From: Nageia nagi
Lineage: Eukaryota; Plantae; Pinophyta
Assembly: GCA_050084985.1 (NCBI GenBank)
Contig: JBITNC010000001.1
Span: forward strand, 104,098,001 to 104,162,000
DNA length: 64,000 bases
Direction of reading: 5' to 3'
Shown here: piece after piece, positions 16,571 through 29,800 of the stretch
Numbering within the stretch: the stretch's first letter is position 1
Layout of the letters: every line of letters starts with the position of its first letter
Made by a program: the position numbers and the translations under genes
Notes under the pieces: generated by a model
Databases searched by the model: none
What the model saw: the letters and a program-made list of their open reading frames with translations, nothing else
Told to the model about the DNA's origin: nothing

Positions 16571-17079
16571 AGAAAGCAAAGGTGGATCACTAGTTCAGCA
16601 CGGGCTTTCACAGTGTGTGAAACCTTGGCCTGAATCTAGTGTAGTAGCTACGGTACAAGCTCTCACTCTCTAATAGTTTCCCAGCTTTACTCTACCATGT
16701 AGCAGACACAGTTATACTAGCAACCCACAATTATCATTCAGGAAACAAGCCAAGCTATCACGATGTAACCAAATTAAGAATGATAATTACGAGTGCTAGA
16801 TAAGAAAGGTCAAGATGGTATCATATTACTGATAAAAACTACAGGTCTTCGAGAACAAATGTAAAGAGCAATACTAGGCTTCCGACCCTTCTTCCACTTT
16901 ATTTTCATATACTTATACTACAGTAATAGTAGTTACAAGATTTGTAGAATAGAAATGTTTACAAAATGACTTAAAGATTCCATCCTTCTTTTAACTGATA
17001 CTACCTACATACGCCACTTGGCAGAATATTACAAAAATGGGGTAGATGTAGATGATATGGTTTCTTAATAACTATGATC

Positions 17080-17990
17080 TAACTTTTTGCTGGCCTCATC
17101 TCTACATTTTGGAATGCTCTGTTCATCTCATTCCGGCTATTTGATCACTCTTTGCTGACCTCATCACTTCTGGACCTAGGCTTTTCCATAACTGAGTTTT
17201 ATCATTTCTTCTATGACATCATCATTTCATTTCTGGAATTCTTTACTCACTAACTTCGGGCCTTTTGATTTCCCTTGCTGACCTCATCATCTTCGGGACC
17301 TGGTTTCATTCAAAAATGAAAACGTTGTTCTCACCGTGATGTCATATCTATGCTTCCAGAATGCTCTACTCACTTCTTCAGAACCTAGTTTTTTCAACAA
17401 CTGAGCTTTTATCATTTCATTCCAGAATGTTTAATCTACTGACTCTGGCTTTTTTAATCACCCCTTGCTGACCTCATCACTTCTGAAACCTGATCTTTAC
17501 CAAAATGTGACTATCTCATACTCTGTGATGTCATCATTTCATTCCAGAATGCTTTACTTCTGGAACACTTATTTTACGAGGTTCTGGCTTCTTCAATCAT
17601 TCCTCATTGACCTCATCACTTCTGAGCTCCAATTTTAGATTAAGGCCTGGAATCATTGACATCATCTCTTACCTCTGAAATGTTTTACTCACAGACTCTG
17701 GCTTCTCAATTTCCCTTACTGACCTCATCACTTTTGGAACCTAGTTTTGTTGTCATCTTCTACTTCCAGAAATGTTTTACTCGCTTTCTTCAGAACCCAA
17801 GCCTTTCTACAACTAAGCTTTTATCATCATTTCAAAATGCTTTATCCACTGACTCTGGTATTTTAATCACCCCTTGCTGACATCATCATTTTTGGAGCCT
17901 AGTTTTTTGCCAAAATGCGACTATCTTATCCTCTGTGATGTCATCATCTTATTCTAGAATGTTTTACTTCTAGAACACTTAACTTTCAGG
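17080..17990. repeat. Degenerate tandem array with recurrent TGACCTCATC/TGACATCATC/TGATGTCATC cores and a higher-order period of about 410 bp
   Basis: About 12 core occurrences. 17380-17570 aligns with 17790-17980. Confidence 0.85.
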
Positions 17991-18422
17991 CTCCAACTTC
18001 TTTATCTACTCCAAAAAAACTCCCAGGGATCTTAAAATGAGCTCATGATTGCAAGTACAGTACACTAGGGCTTTAATAAAGAGTTTATTATGTATGAATA
18101 TACATTATGGCGACCTCTGAGGAAAATTTCACCTTTATGAAAGAGGAATTGAGAACCTAGTCAAAAAAAATAATACCAAAAATAATACCAAAGCATTTCA
18201 CTACTACATAGGGTTCGGAACCACATGGATTCGAAATTTTTTTTTAAAAAAGAGCAATGTCCTCATCCCATTTCAATGGCGAATCTCCTTCTCTGAAAGT
18301 ATCCGGAGTTGATTTTCGATCGTCGAACCACCTTTTACTATTTCATTTCTTCTCCGGAGGTCTTGATATGATTGATTCTGGAGCTCTTTTGGGGTTTAAC
18401 TTTTCTTTTGGAATACCAGAGA

Positions 18423-19757
18423 CTAGGGGTTTTTCCTTGATCTTGTTTCCATAGCAAAACTTCCTATACCCGTTGGTGCAAAATTCCTCAGGTTCACATC
18501 TCGGCTTATGTCGTCAGCTACACCAGGCGGAGGAATGCCCCCACTTCTTGATAAATATTCTTGATATTGATAAATAGGACATTTGGTTTGTTCATGAGCA
18601 TCATTGCAGGCCAAACACAAACCAGAGGCTGACCCAGAAGAGGAAGCTTGGCTTACATCATCATTCAACACATTCTGAGCCTTTTCTACAGCAAGATAAG
18701 GATATCTTCTTGCATCGCTTTGTCTGCTTAGCATGGTAATCCAGTTTGCCATATTTCTACACAAATTTTGGAGTTCCTGAATCTCCATCAATGAAGCTAC
18801 CCCTTGATTCATATTAGGCTGATGAGGGGCTGGTAAGGCCAAGGGAGCTCTAGGGACCGGTAAGGTTGATGGCCACTGTTGGATAGGGGTGGGGATACTG
18901 GCCAGTGGTGGAGCCAAACTAATTGCTTGAGGTCTCAAAATTTGCTATTGGGCTATTATTGGAAAATAAGGCATTGGCATACGACTTGGCAATTTTCCAA
19001 CTGCAATAAGATAGGATTCAGCATACACTGCTTGTCTATAGACCTCTGGGAAAGTATTTACTCTGAAATTTTGGATTTACAGAGAGAGATCCAGAGGAAA
19101 GGCTCTCAAGTAATACATTAAGGCTTGAAATTACTGAGGCCTGATTGGCATTGGGACTCTTACCCAAGTTTTTTGGAATCTAATATTGAAATACGAGATA
19201 TTTTCTTGCTCATATCTTTTGATAGAAGTGAACTGTGTTAACAAGGAAAAGGGATCTCCTAATTCATTAAATTCCAAGATAAAGGGCTCTGCCAGTTGAG
19301 CCCAAGTAGTTATAGATCCGTTAGGAAGGCCCCTGTACCAATCTAAGACCTTTCTTTTGAAAGATTGAGCCAGTAATCTCACCATGACATCTTCATGCTA
19401 GATATTGTGAATCTTAGCTAGGCCAGCTACATCAACGTAATGCTCGTAAGCCATTTTCTCTGATGTTGCATCAAACTCTGAAAAGGTTTTGAAAACATTT
19501 GTTGGGATGTCATGCAACATCGCCAGGACTAATGGTACCCCATTGTCCCATTCTAGATAAACATTCTGAGATGGATTAGCCATTTTAGGAGAGGTATTTC
19601 TAGTGTGAAGATTGGATGATTCTGGCTTGGTAAAGGATTTTAGGGAGCTGATACTATTCAGAGACTTGGACTTGATCAGGGTCTTTCTCTTAGGAGTATC
19701 TAATGTTCTAAAATCTGGTGCTTCTTTTGCTGCTCTAGTTTTAGATCTTGTCCACAT
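18423..19757 (-). pseudogene. gag of the nested Tat-type element, interrupted by stops
   Basis: VRLLAQSFKRKVLDWYRGLPNGSITTW..L...F, then IKR...E.I.YF..RF (Retrotrans_gag). Cx2Cx3Hx4C knuckle CLACNDAHEQTKC. Stops at 19398-19400 and 19131-19133. Confidence 0.85.
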
Positions 19758-19876
19758 AAACTCTAGGTTGCAAAAGAAAATGAGAGGTTCAAAAGCACAT
19801 ATGATATTTGCAAATAATTTGCTTTAATACATACCATAGATAGTGCTTTAGCAGAGTCGCAAATAAGTTTCTTCGT

Positions 19877-19894
19877 GTCCCACCGGGCGTGCCA
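19877..19894 (-). promoter_or_regulatory. Primer binding site, probably tRNA-Arg type, 10 nt from the LTR end
   Basis: Minus strand TGGCACGCCCGGTGGGAC. A PBS offset from the LTR by a spacer is typical of the Tat/Ogre lineage. Confidence 0.8.
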
Positions 19895-19904
19895 AAAGAG
19901 ATAC

Positions 19905-20102
19905 TGTTGATTAGGATTGTGTAATATATGTGCCATGAACAATCTTAACCAAAGTAAATCAAGAACAGACTATAGTGACAGTCTGATCCCAATTGATAAG
20001 GAAACGACCTTCTCCAGAGATCAGACTGTCACTATAGTCTGTTCTTGATTTAATTTGGTTAAGATTGTTCACGGCGCATATATTACGCAATCCTAATCAA
20101 CA
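19905..20102. repeat. 198-bp hairpin: 84-bp arms (19905-19988 and 20019-20102) with a 30-nt loop
   Basis: The arms are reverse complements with 4 mismatches by manual count. Confidence 0.95.
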
Positions 20103-22199
20103 GGAATGAACCAAGCAATCCCACATAAGTTTAATAATGTTGCTAGCTTGTTCAACACTCACATGTTAAGATTGGTTAAGAAACAAGGGTCACCAATCTT
20201 GATAAAAAAATTTTGTATTCACTTCTCAACACTCATCCTATTGAAAAAATGCCTCAAAAGTAACCTCACCATTCCTATTCCACATCCCATGTGCAATAGG
20301 CTTTTTGGTCATAATGTAATGATTTTCTACTTGGAGCCTATACCACCCAAGAGATTGCACTTCCACTATGTTAGCATCACCACTTGATGATAACTCACTA
20401 TCTCATAGGACTAGACAGTTCATTCTAGGCAAACTTTTATATGATCAGATAGCATTTCTTATGGAATAATTATCATACCCTTATCTAGTAACTACAAGTG
20501 GTATGATTACTAGTTATCCTCACCTAGTAATAGCAAATTTTTTGATTGCTATCCCCACCTAAATCACCTATTAGAGGATATGAGTCACTAGCCTACCTAT
20601 AACATTTAGCTAGGTTCACCATGTGGTTTGGCATCCTTATGCCCATAATTTGGAGAGCCATGGATATAAACAATATCCTCAAGTGGTTATTTAATCTAAT
20701 TTATTATTAAATGTGTTAACAAAAAGAACCACCCATGGCCTACTAACCATAAACTAATGTTTTCTAATAGTGAAGAGGGTGTAAGATACCATACATAAAC
20801 AAGACCTAGATTTAACACCATTCATCTTTGCCCATAAGTTGTACATTAGAAGTTCTACTTATAGGCTTGCTTACAAATTCTCCTAATTCTATTTGTTTCA
20901 CACATATTGTATCATGTATATGGATCTACTTTTTTAAAAGTCACTATGCATAATAAAAGTAGCAAATCATGAGGTAAGGTCTATCCACTATTACTATAAA
21001 AGTAATGCAATGCTAAGTGGTCCTTCCAGAAGGAATATTTCTTTTATTTATTATTTAGTAGAGTAGATTTACTTGCAAATGTTCCCCATCATTTTGTTGT
21101 ATTCATTCCAAAGGATACCAAATGACCCTATTCAATCCCATTGGATCCCATTTACACTCAATTTCATCCTAAGAGTCCCTAAATATATTCCATATGCTTC
21201 TAAATTATCTTTTGAGATCCTAATTGTAAATTAGGATTATTTTCTAATTAATCAATTTTTTTAAATTTTTTGTGAAAATCATTTACTTCCTCAATTTATA
21301 ATATTTATTAATCATTTCTATGAAAGACATAGTAATTTCTACTCCTATTAATTCATATAATCAATACTAATTAGAGTATTTGATAACCATAATTAAAATA
21401 AATCTCATTAAATCATAATACTAATATTTTTCTACAATTCATATAAATAAAAAGTAATTTATAAGATTCATTAATAAATAACTAATATAATCTATCTATA
21501 AAATGTATGAATTACATTTACTTCTTTAACTTTAAAGCTTTTATAATTTATTATAAGTAGAAATCATGTATTAGACAAAGGCAATTCAAATATAATACAA
21601 CCTATTTAATCAATTATGGAATCTTTTTGACAAATCATACTATTTCATATCCAATGAATTTATAATTTCAATTTGTTCGTATCATATGGTTTTGACCATT
21701 ATATCAACCATTGAACATCTTTATCGATATTTATGCAACAAGCATCGAATATCCCCTTGGAGCTTGGTAAGTAGATTGAGTACTAGGAGGACAAGAATTA
21801 GGACAACCCCTTTAAAACATTACCATTATCTAAATAAATTTAAGTATAGACTTCAAGAGAAATTATCTCTTTTCCTTGATCAATGTACATTAATCCATAT
21901 TAAATAATTAAATCATTCATAATAAGGTCTTGAATATCATAATAATTAATTTATGTAATTGGTATCATATGAATTATTTTACTTAATATTATACCAATAT
22001 CATAATATTAAAACCATAATTTATTTAATACATGATTCTAAAGAGTTCTTGAATTACTTATTAAAAATATTAAACATAACTTATCACCTCAGTAGATACT
22101 AATTACTTTAATTAACAAACTTAGATAATAACAAGTAAGCATATTTTTATCAATTCATGCCTCCTTACTTTCATATGAATTTGACAATATTTTTTTACT

Positions 22200-22835
22200 A
22201 ATATGATAAATATTATATTAAAACTTTAATAAAATTTATATGAAAATAAATTCATTCAACACTAGTAAAGGTATAAGAAGAAATATTTGATTAATCTATT
22301 GAAAATATCATAATACAATTTACATTTGAAATTTTACACACCTGTATCTAAGTAAAGGGAGAATAACAAAAGAAAATCCCACTCCTTTACCTTTTAAAAA
22401 AAAATACATGGTACCAACCTTTAAATAAAATAACCACTATGTCTCTTCAAATGGTATAACACTTCTAACATTAATTAATTCGATGAGATTTTATCAAATA
22501 TTATAATAAATATCATATTAAAAATTTAATAAAATTCATGTCAAAATAAATTCATTAAACTCTTACTAAAGGTATAAAAAAAATATGTAACTAGTCTCCT
22601 TAAAATATTTAAAAATACATAATACAATTTGTATGTAAAATTTTCTACTTCTACATCTAAAATAAAGAGATAATAACAAAAGAAAATTCCACTTCTTTAC
22701 TTTTTAAAGAAAAAGATACGGTAATAACCTTTGAATAAAATAACTATTATGTCTCTTCAAATGGTTTAACACTTATAATAACAATTAATTCTATGAAGTC
22801 TTACAAAACATTATGATAAATATGATATTAAATAC
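22200..22835. repeat. Tandem duplication of about 300-310 bp (2 copies plus the start of a third)
   Basis: Units start near 22201, 22501 and 22811 and share aaaataaattcatt...gtctcttcaaatggt. Confidence 0.85.
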
Positions 22836-23799
22836 CTCAAAATATAATACCTCAATTAGAAAATAATGTAAAATAATGCACCTTAAATTAAACAAGAAAG
22901 AGAGACTTCTTTTCTTCATGTAACTTTTCACCAATTTTGAGAATAACAAGAATTAAATAATAAAAGATAGATAGGTAGGCATTTTGCTTAAGGTTTTACC
23001 CTTTTATTTATAGACAAAGAGATCTAAGTATGTCCAAATGGACATCTCCTCACACCTTTAATAAATTTTAGGGTAACTTTGCTTAAAGTTATTGATGATT
23101 GAAATGGTATTAAATACCTTAGAGCCTTTTTATTAATTGACAAATTAATGCTAACTATTATTCACACCTAATATAAGAAAAAAAAACTAAGGTCATTAGT
23201 ACATTATTTTTCTACCCATTAAATATCTTGCAACACTGCTAGGAGAGCTTAGTCTTTTTCTAATAATATTTTTACTATTAGCCATATGTGGTAATAATAT
23301 GGGCACTCATATCAACTTTTACATTATAAAATTTATTTCTATAAATTTATAGATTTAAAGAAAGTATATTGCTTTTTCCTTCCATTTTAAATTTGAATTT
23401 CAAAAACACAAAATAAAGGAAACATACTTTTACCTGCAATGCTCACCTTATCCTGCAAAGTAAGATTAATCCACACATTTTTCAAAATACAATTTCATTA
23501 AAAAATCAATAGTCATATCAATTATTCTACATGATTTACAATGGTCATAGGGTGCATCAGCAATTTAATGCCAATCATTTCCTCCTCTTATCCTTCTATT
23601 CGCATCACCAATTCACCTTTGATCCTTAGGGTCTTTGGATTGCTTCTCCATCTCGAGGTGACCTATGTTAAAATATCTCAAGGCTAGCATCAAATTGTCA
23701 TAATTGATACATATTCTTTATCAAACTTATCATCACTATAACATTATTCAAACATAATCCACTCAAATCATGAATGATATTCGAGGTCAAATAGTATCT

Positions 23800-24330
23800 T
23801 AAGGTGAATATAGATAATTTCATTATATTTTATATTTTATACTTTATATTTTTAAATTAATTTTCAATGAAATTGGTCCCTAAAATTGAAAAATTAGGTT
23901 GTATTTATTTTTCAATAAATTTATTTTAGAAACAAGTATGAAAAAAAATTATATGTGCATAATCTATAGAGAATTCTCTTTTAAGTAAAAAAATGAAAAG
24001 AGGATAAGTCTAGGGCTAGTAAAAAATTAATAAAAAAAATATTCATGAAAAAATCATTAAAAAATATAATGCATAATATTCATTTTGTTAGGTATCTTTT
24101 TTTAAAAGGATTTTAAAAAATATTATATTTTAGATAAAAATATGCTTATCGTAGAAGAGCATGTTCTCATGATAAAATAGTACTTTTTAAATAGTGGATT
24201 TTACAATTTCCTATCATAAATAAATTTCTATCAAGTTGGTATTAGAATAAATTATATATTTGAAAATTACACTCTAAGAACTACATTTTCAACTGAGTGA
24301 TATTTTTCAAAATTCCATCTTTAAGGGCTT
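23800..24330. repeat. Dispersed repeat (MITE-like), inverted homologue of about 47040-47700
   Basis: 24236-24318 matches the reverse complement of 47060-47140 (gtatt.gaataaattatatatttgaaaa). Outer limits are uncertain. Confidence 0.55.
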
Positions 24331-25255
24331 CAAAAGCTATGATCAATTATGACCAAATCTAAACAATCAAGAAAACACATCTAATTTTTGGCCATTTCAT
24401 GGAACCATCTTCTTACAATTACACATTGATCAATATACACTTACCTTTATCCTTATTAGAATATTAAGGGAGCATACCTAGATCATGATAAACAAATTGA
24501 GTTACCAAGTGTCCAGACTCGACCTCGCTTTCCTCATTGACCTCTTCAATTACCATATTTTTCTATCCATCCATATCCTCTAATTCCATATTGGTGGCAG
24601 CATGTAAACAATATTATACACCATTGATAATGTATTTATTAATAGTAGAAACCATTTTTTTGTATAACCTATATTTTCATAAGAGATTAAGCTATTCAAG
24701 GATTTCAAAGTTGTAGAATTTTTTTCTAATAACTCATAATTAGTTAAAATATCAATAAAATTTTTCATATTATTAGTAAGGTAATATTCCAACTTTTCAT
24801 TTTTAAATAGGAATTTCTTTATTGATCTAACATGATTAGAAATTATACCTAACTCTTTAAGTTTAGCATCACTACTAAAGGATCATCACAGTTTCCCAAA
24901 CTTAATTTTCAAAATCATAATCATCAATAGTCATTCTAAGCATATTAGGAGTTTTTCCAATAATATTGATCTTTTTGATATAAATTGTAGATTTAGTATC
25001 ATTATCCTCATTAGTATCCATTCAATCATTAGTATCAAGATCTTGTAGAGGTAAATCAAGGTTAACCTAAATGCTTCTCTTGATATCCTTAAAATGAACC
25101 TTATTTTTAGAAACCTAGTTTTATCATTTTCTCTAGCTTTTGCTCTAAGCTACTCAGGTAAAGGAAGAGATAATAACAAAAATTTATTCATAACTCTTTA
25201 GAAGGAATGCCCTATATTGAGATCTAGGTATGTAAGAATGTCGGGTTAACCAAAA

Positions 25256-25980
25256 TGTAGACCTCAAATTATGTAAAATATGAAAATACATAATAAATAA
25301 ATTGATCCACAATGTAAGAAGAAATAGATAACGTACACACTATCATATTATAGTAGATATATGCTAAACACATTATCCTAATATGAAGTGTATGTACAAT
25401 CCTCAATAATAAGTAAAAATGAATTTTCAGAGGATTGGGATTTGATTTATGGTGAGCTTTTGACAAATCTTTATTTGTATCGATCAATGAATTTGAACAC
25501 CAAAATATGGAACCTTGAATCTAGACATATGCCATTACTAGCCTACGTTGTTAGCAATGTGAGATGTGTCAAATTGCATTGTATACAAAAGATTAAAATT
25601 TTAGAGATCAAAGTATAAAAATTTCTCATGATAGGTGGCATATAAAGACATTGTAGCTTGATAAAGATTACAACTGAAAACCGCCTATCATAGATCGTAT
25701 CATATTAAAGAGTTTTGATTTGTATAGGTCTACCTATTCCACTCACTTATATAGCTTACAAGGACATAGAAAGGAGTGAAGGCTAACCTCTAGCAATAAT
25801 ATAAACTTTGTTATATTAAAGATACTTTAAAATGTAAACCATGATAAGTAGTATACCATTTAATATAACACATGGTATTGCATTGTAATTTATCTTGACA
25901 TATGTAATATTGCATTAAGTTATTTAGGAAGTTAAAATATGATTTATTAAAAAATAATAAATCAATTTTAGTCATCTATG
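25256..25980 (-). repeat. 5' LTR of the outer Gypsy element
   Basis: Direct repeat of 9138-9871. On the minus strand it is followed by a short T spacer and TGG..., a decayed PBS-like sequence. Confidence 0.8.
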
Positions 25981-26792
25981 CAAAATAAAAGAAAGCTCTT
26001 TTGTAGATGATGAAAAACCACATGAGAAAAAACCATCTTCCAAAAGAGAGAATAAGACATAAGAAGTAAGGTAAAGAGGAAGGTTTCCTCTTCAACACAC
26101 CCCAAGGATAACTTCCATCACCTCAACCAAGTAAGGTGATGTAAAGATGTATGCAATGATGCCTCTTGAAGTACAATTAATAATAAGAGAGAAGTGCAAA
26201 AAATTAATGTGATGTTTCCAAAATATGTAGTTAACTCAATGTTGAACTAAATATCTTCCATGGGGAAGAAAGAAGCTAGAAGGCATACATCAAAAATATT
26301 CCCACTCCAACAAAGTATGAGAAGTAAGGAACATCATCAAATCTGGTACTAGTGATGACAAAGGAGGCTATGAACCATATTGAAGAGACAATTTTGCCAA
26401 TAAACCAAATAGTGATGGTCATATCATACAACCAAAGGATAACCATGGGATGAGTTAAAAGACTAAATATGTTACATAAAGGAAATATATATGAAATAAG
26501 TAAGATAAGGAGGCAAAGAAACCTCAAGATAATCCCTAGGATCTCCTAAAGAGAATCCAATTGAAGAAGGAGGTGGAGAAGAATCAACAACATCTGGAAT
26601 CATACTATATTCCTCAACATTTACCTCATTCATTGAATCTTCATGCATAAAGGAATCTTCTCAACATATGATGAGCCATTTACTATATTATAACTCAACA
26701 TATTAGAGAAATTGTATATATCATAATGTATTTCATATTTAGTTATTAAAGAGATATATATCATATTATAATTATAAAATATATTGAGCTAT

Positions 26793-26862
26793 GAGGCATT
26801 AGTGTAGTGGTAAGGGTTCTTGGTTTTCCTTTGGGAGGTCATGGAATCTAATCCCACAAGCC
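26793..26862 (+). other. Degenerate tRNA-like/SINE head
   Basis: A-box-like TAGTGTAGTGG and decayed B-box-like GGAATCTAATCCC at tRNA-like spacing. Confidence 0.35.
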
Positions 26863-29800
26863 AAAGAGAGGAACTTATACACATGTGGAGGGGTAATAAA
26901 GAAAGTGGTAAAACCTATATTAGTTCTAGTAAAGATTCAAATAGAATTTTCTATGTGATAGATTATAAAGAATCCCCATAACACTCATATGGATGTAAAT
27001 TTCTTGGATCTAACCTAAAATTTTTAGAATGGAGAAAAGCAATGGAGAAGGGTTAGGGTTCAACATAGGAGAGGAGGATTATGGTGATGATGATGAGGAG
27101 GAAGACAATGTAGTACTTATGGAGAGCTTGGGTGTGGGTTTTTTGGCCTAGGTTTTATTCCCAATAAAAAATGATGAGGTGTGTAGGCCATTGTCATGGA
27201 GATTATATGGTTAGAATGGTGGCTTTATGGTGACATTGTTATACATACTATGGGGATATTTTTAAGGCTATAATGGTCTCCATATTTTATAGATGGTGGA
27301 GACTTAATAGTTAAACATCAAGGGGTTCTAAAAAAGGCTTCATGACTAGTGTTTAAGATCAGGCTCTATTGGAGTTTTATTTCATTATAGGGTTTGTTTA
27401 GCATTTTTTTTGTGATCGATTGATTTCAAGGTTAAAGCTAGTCTAACTTTCTATGTTTGAAGGGATATTTAGTGAGACCTAGGGATACTATTAAATGTTA
27501 GAAAACTAAGTTATTTTGGGGAGTAGATCAATGTGTCTACCAACATTTTTTCTAAATGAATGTATCAGTTATGGAATGGATCGTATGGGTAATTTTTATT
27601 CTATCAATGGGAGAAGATGAGCCTAACCTAAATGATATATAGATAGGTTCAAAGGGTTAATTTTATGATTGGGAAATGTATGGGTGATGTTTGGTGGTCT
27701 CTCAGTCTGACTAAGCTTCATATGGGAGTTTCTTGGAGGATCCTTACTATGATTGAGAAATGTATGGGAATTGATTTGGACCCCTATCACGACTAAGTGA
27801 TGTATGGGTATTATTTGGAATGATTAGGAAGTTCTCATGGATGAGTGTAGAAAAATATATTAGTGAAAAGAATCATTGAGAATATCTTAAAGACCAACAA
27901 AAATAGAAAATTATCAGCCTAGGGTAGTTCAAAGTTAGGGATTTTGAAACCCTAAGTTAGGGAAATCGATGCAAAATTTAGAGATTGGAAACCCTAAGTG
28001 ATGAACATAGTTTACTAATGGTCCAATAAGATAACAAACCTTAGAATGATGGTTTGAGTCATAACCCCATTGCTCTAGTCTTTTAGTCTCTTCATTATCA
28101 AAATTTTTGGAAGGATTAGATGTTAGTTTTGTGATTTTTCTACTTCATCTTAGTGGGAGTTTTTGGAATCCCTTAGTTCAATATATTTTACATTTTTATG
28201 TAGTAAAACCTTAATTTTGAAGGAAAATGTAAGTCTTAATAAATCACAATTTTATATATTTGTTGTAATTCAATTGTAACCTTCAACTATAAAAGGTCAA
28301 AATTCCAACCTAATAAAATAAATATAAAATATATCAAAATATTATTAAATTTGAACTCAACTTTGAGTATATGGTATAACCAAAAGAAATTTTGAAAATT
28401 ATAAAAAATTTTATGTTAAAAATCATACTATTAAAATTTCTTGTATAATGGAAGAAATGTTGTATAAATAATAGGACCTAAGAAAAGTATATTATTGATC
28501 ATTATAATACTTTTAATAACAAATAACATGTTATTAAACATTCTTGAGAATGGGTATGTAGCATCATTATTTTTAAATATTATTAACATGGTAACTAGAT
28601 CTAAAATAAAAAATATGATCCATACTTGTTAAAACTTTCGTAGGCATGCATGAAAAAACTTTAGTCTTCTTCTATTCATTCCTTGTTAATTGTTGCTTCT
28701 TCTTATGAATGTCACTGTATTCACTTTACAACTGTGTACCTATTATGAAGTAAGTTTTCACCACTGAGAGTACCAACTAATGTTGTCTCTCTCTCTCTCT
28801 CTTTCATCTTCTTCTTTGTAATATGACTACCAACCTAATTGGTTTTCACCTATGCAATTGCTAGCAAGCTAGTTTTTGCCTACATTACTTCTAATAGGGT
28901 TCATTTATATCCATATTTCAATTGACTTGAACAAAATAACCCAAATCAAATTTATTACTTCTCTTTTTTCATGGTTGAAACTATACAAACTTTGATGCTA
29001 CATAAAACGCTATAGCTCTATGTTATTTTTCATATTCTAAAATTCTATGATTTTTGAGACTTTGGAGCTTAATGTATAATTTTGGAGCTAATAGAACTCT
29101 AAAGCTAACATGACTTTGGTACTAGATAGAAATGTGTAGCTCTATGATTTTTTTAGATTTTGGAGTTCTATACATTGCAAAACTTTAAAGTTGTATTATT
29201 TTTTATTTTTGGAACTCTTTGTATTTCAAAACTCTAGAGCTTTGTATATTTGCAAATTCTAGAGCTTTTATCCAAATGATATTCTAGCTTTGCTTCCCAA
29301 GTAATGCTCTAAATCTATTGAGGTTATATTTTGGTGCTCCTATTGAGTAATGCAATTCTAGTTCCTTCCATGTGTGAGGTTCAAATTTATATTGATAAAA
29401 AATTTATGCATTTGAAGAATCCAATAATTCAAGAGACTCTTGTGCTAAATAAAATTTAATGCTAGAAAATGTTAGAACCAAGAAAAGAGAGTTTCACCAT
29501 ATATTTTTCTATTTTGGTTGAAGATGAAATTTATATCAATATAGAGTGCAACAAGATCTCTCTTCTATATGTCAAGAATTTGAAAAATAGTAGAGTAATC
29601 TTGAGTAAAGAAAAATTGATTTGCTAAATTCTATTATTGTTCTATACCTTATTTTAATGGATGAATACATCTTATGTCTTGGGTACTGAATATGCTCCTT
29701 TAATATACTTATGATGCTATTTTGGGCTCTCATTATGTGATTCATATTTTTAAAAATAAACAATCACTAAGATTGCATAACAGTTCCTCATTTTATGTAT

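Larger units (their letters stand above)
16210..20102 (-). mobile_element. Nested non-autonomous gag-only Tat-type LTR element with inverted termini and a hairpin 5' end
   Basis: TG...CA ends, TSD GGAAT at 16205-16209 and 20103-20107, PBS at 19877-19894, gag at 18423-19757, no pol. 16210-16324 is the reverse complement of 19988-20102. Confidence 0.9.
9138..25980 (-). mobile_element. Old pol-less Ty3/Gypsy (Ogre/Tat-like) element, about 16.8 kb including nested insertions
   Basis: Direct LTR pair 9138-9871 and 25256-25980. CAAAA on both outer flanks (9133-9137 and 25981-25985). PPT-like AATAGGAGCAAAA next to the 3' LTR. Internal gag and PMD remnants. Confidence 0.75.

Noticed and set aside
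17080-17990. CRISPR-like repeat/spacer appearance
   Set aside because: The spacers are related to one another, the period is irregular, the context is eukaryotic TE and there are no cas genes.
16210-20102. DIRS, Penelope or DNA transposon interpretation of the inverted termini
   Set aside because: No tyrosine recombinase, GIY-YIG or transposase is visible. TG..CA ends, the 5-bp TSD, PBS and gag point to LTR integrase insertion.
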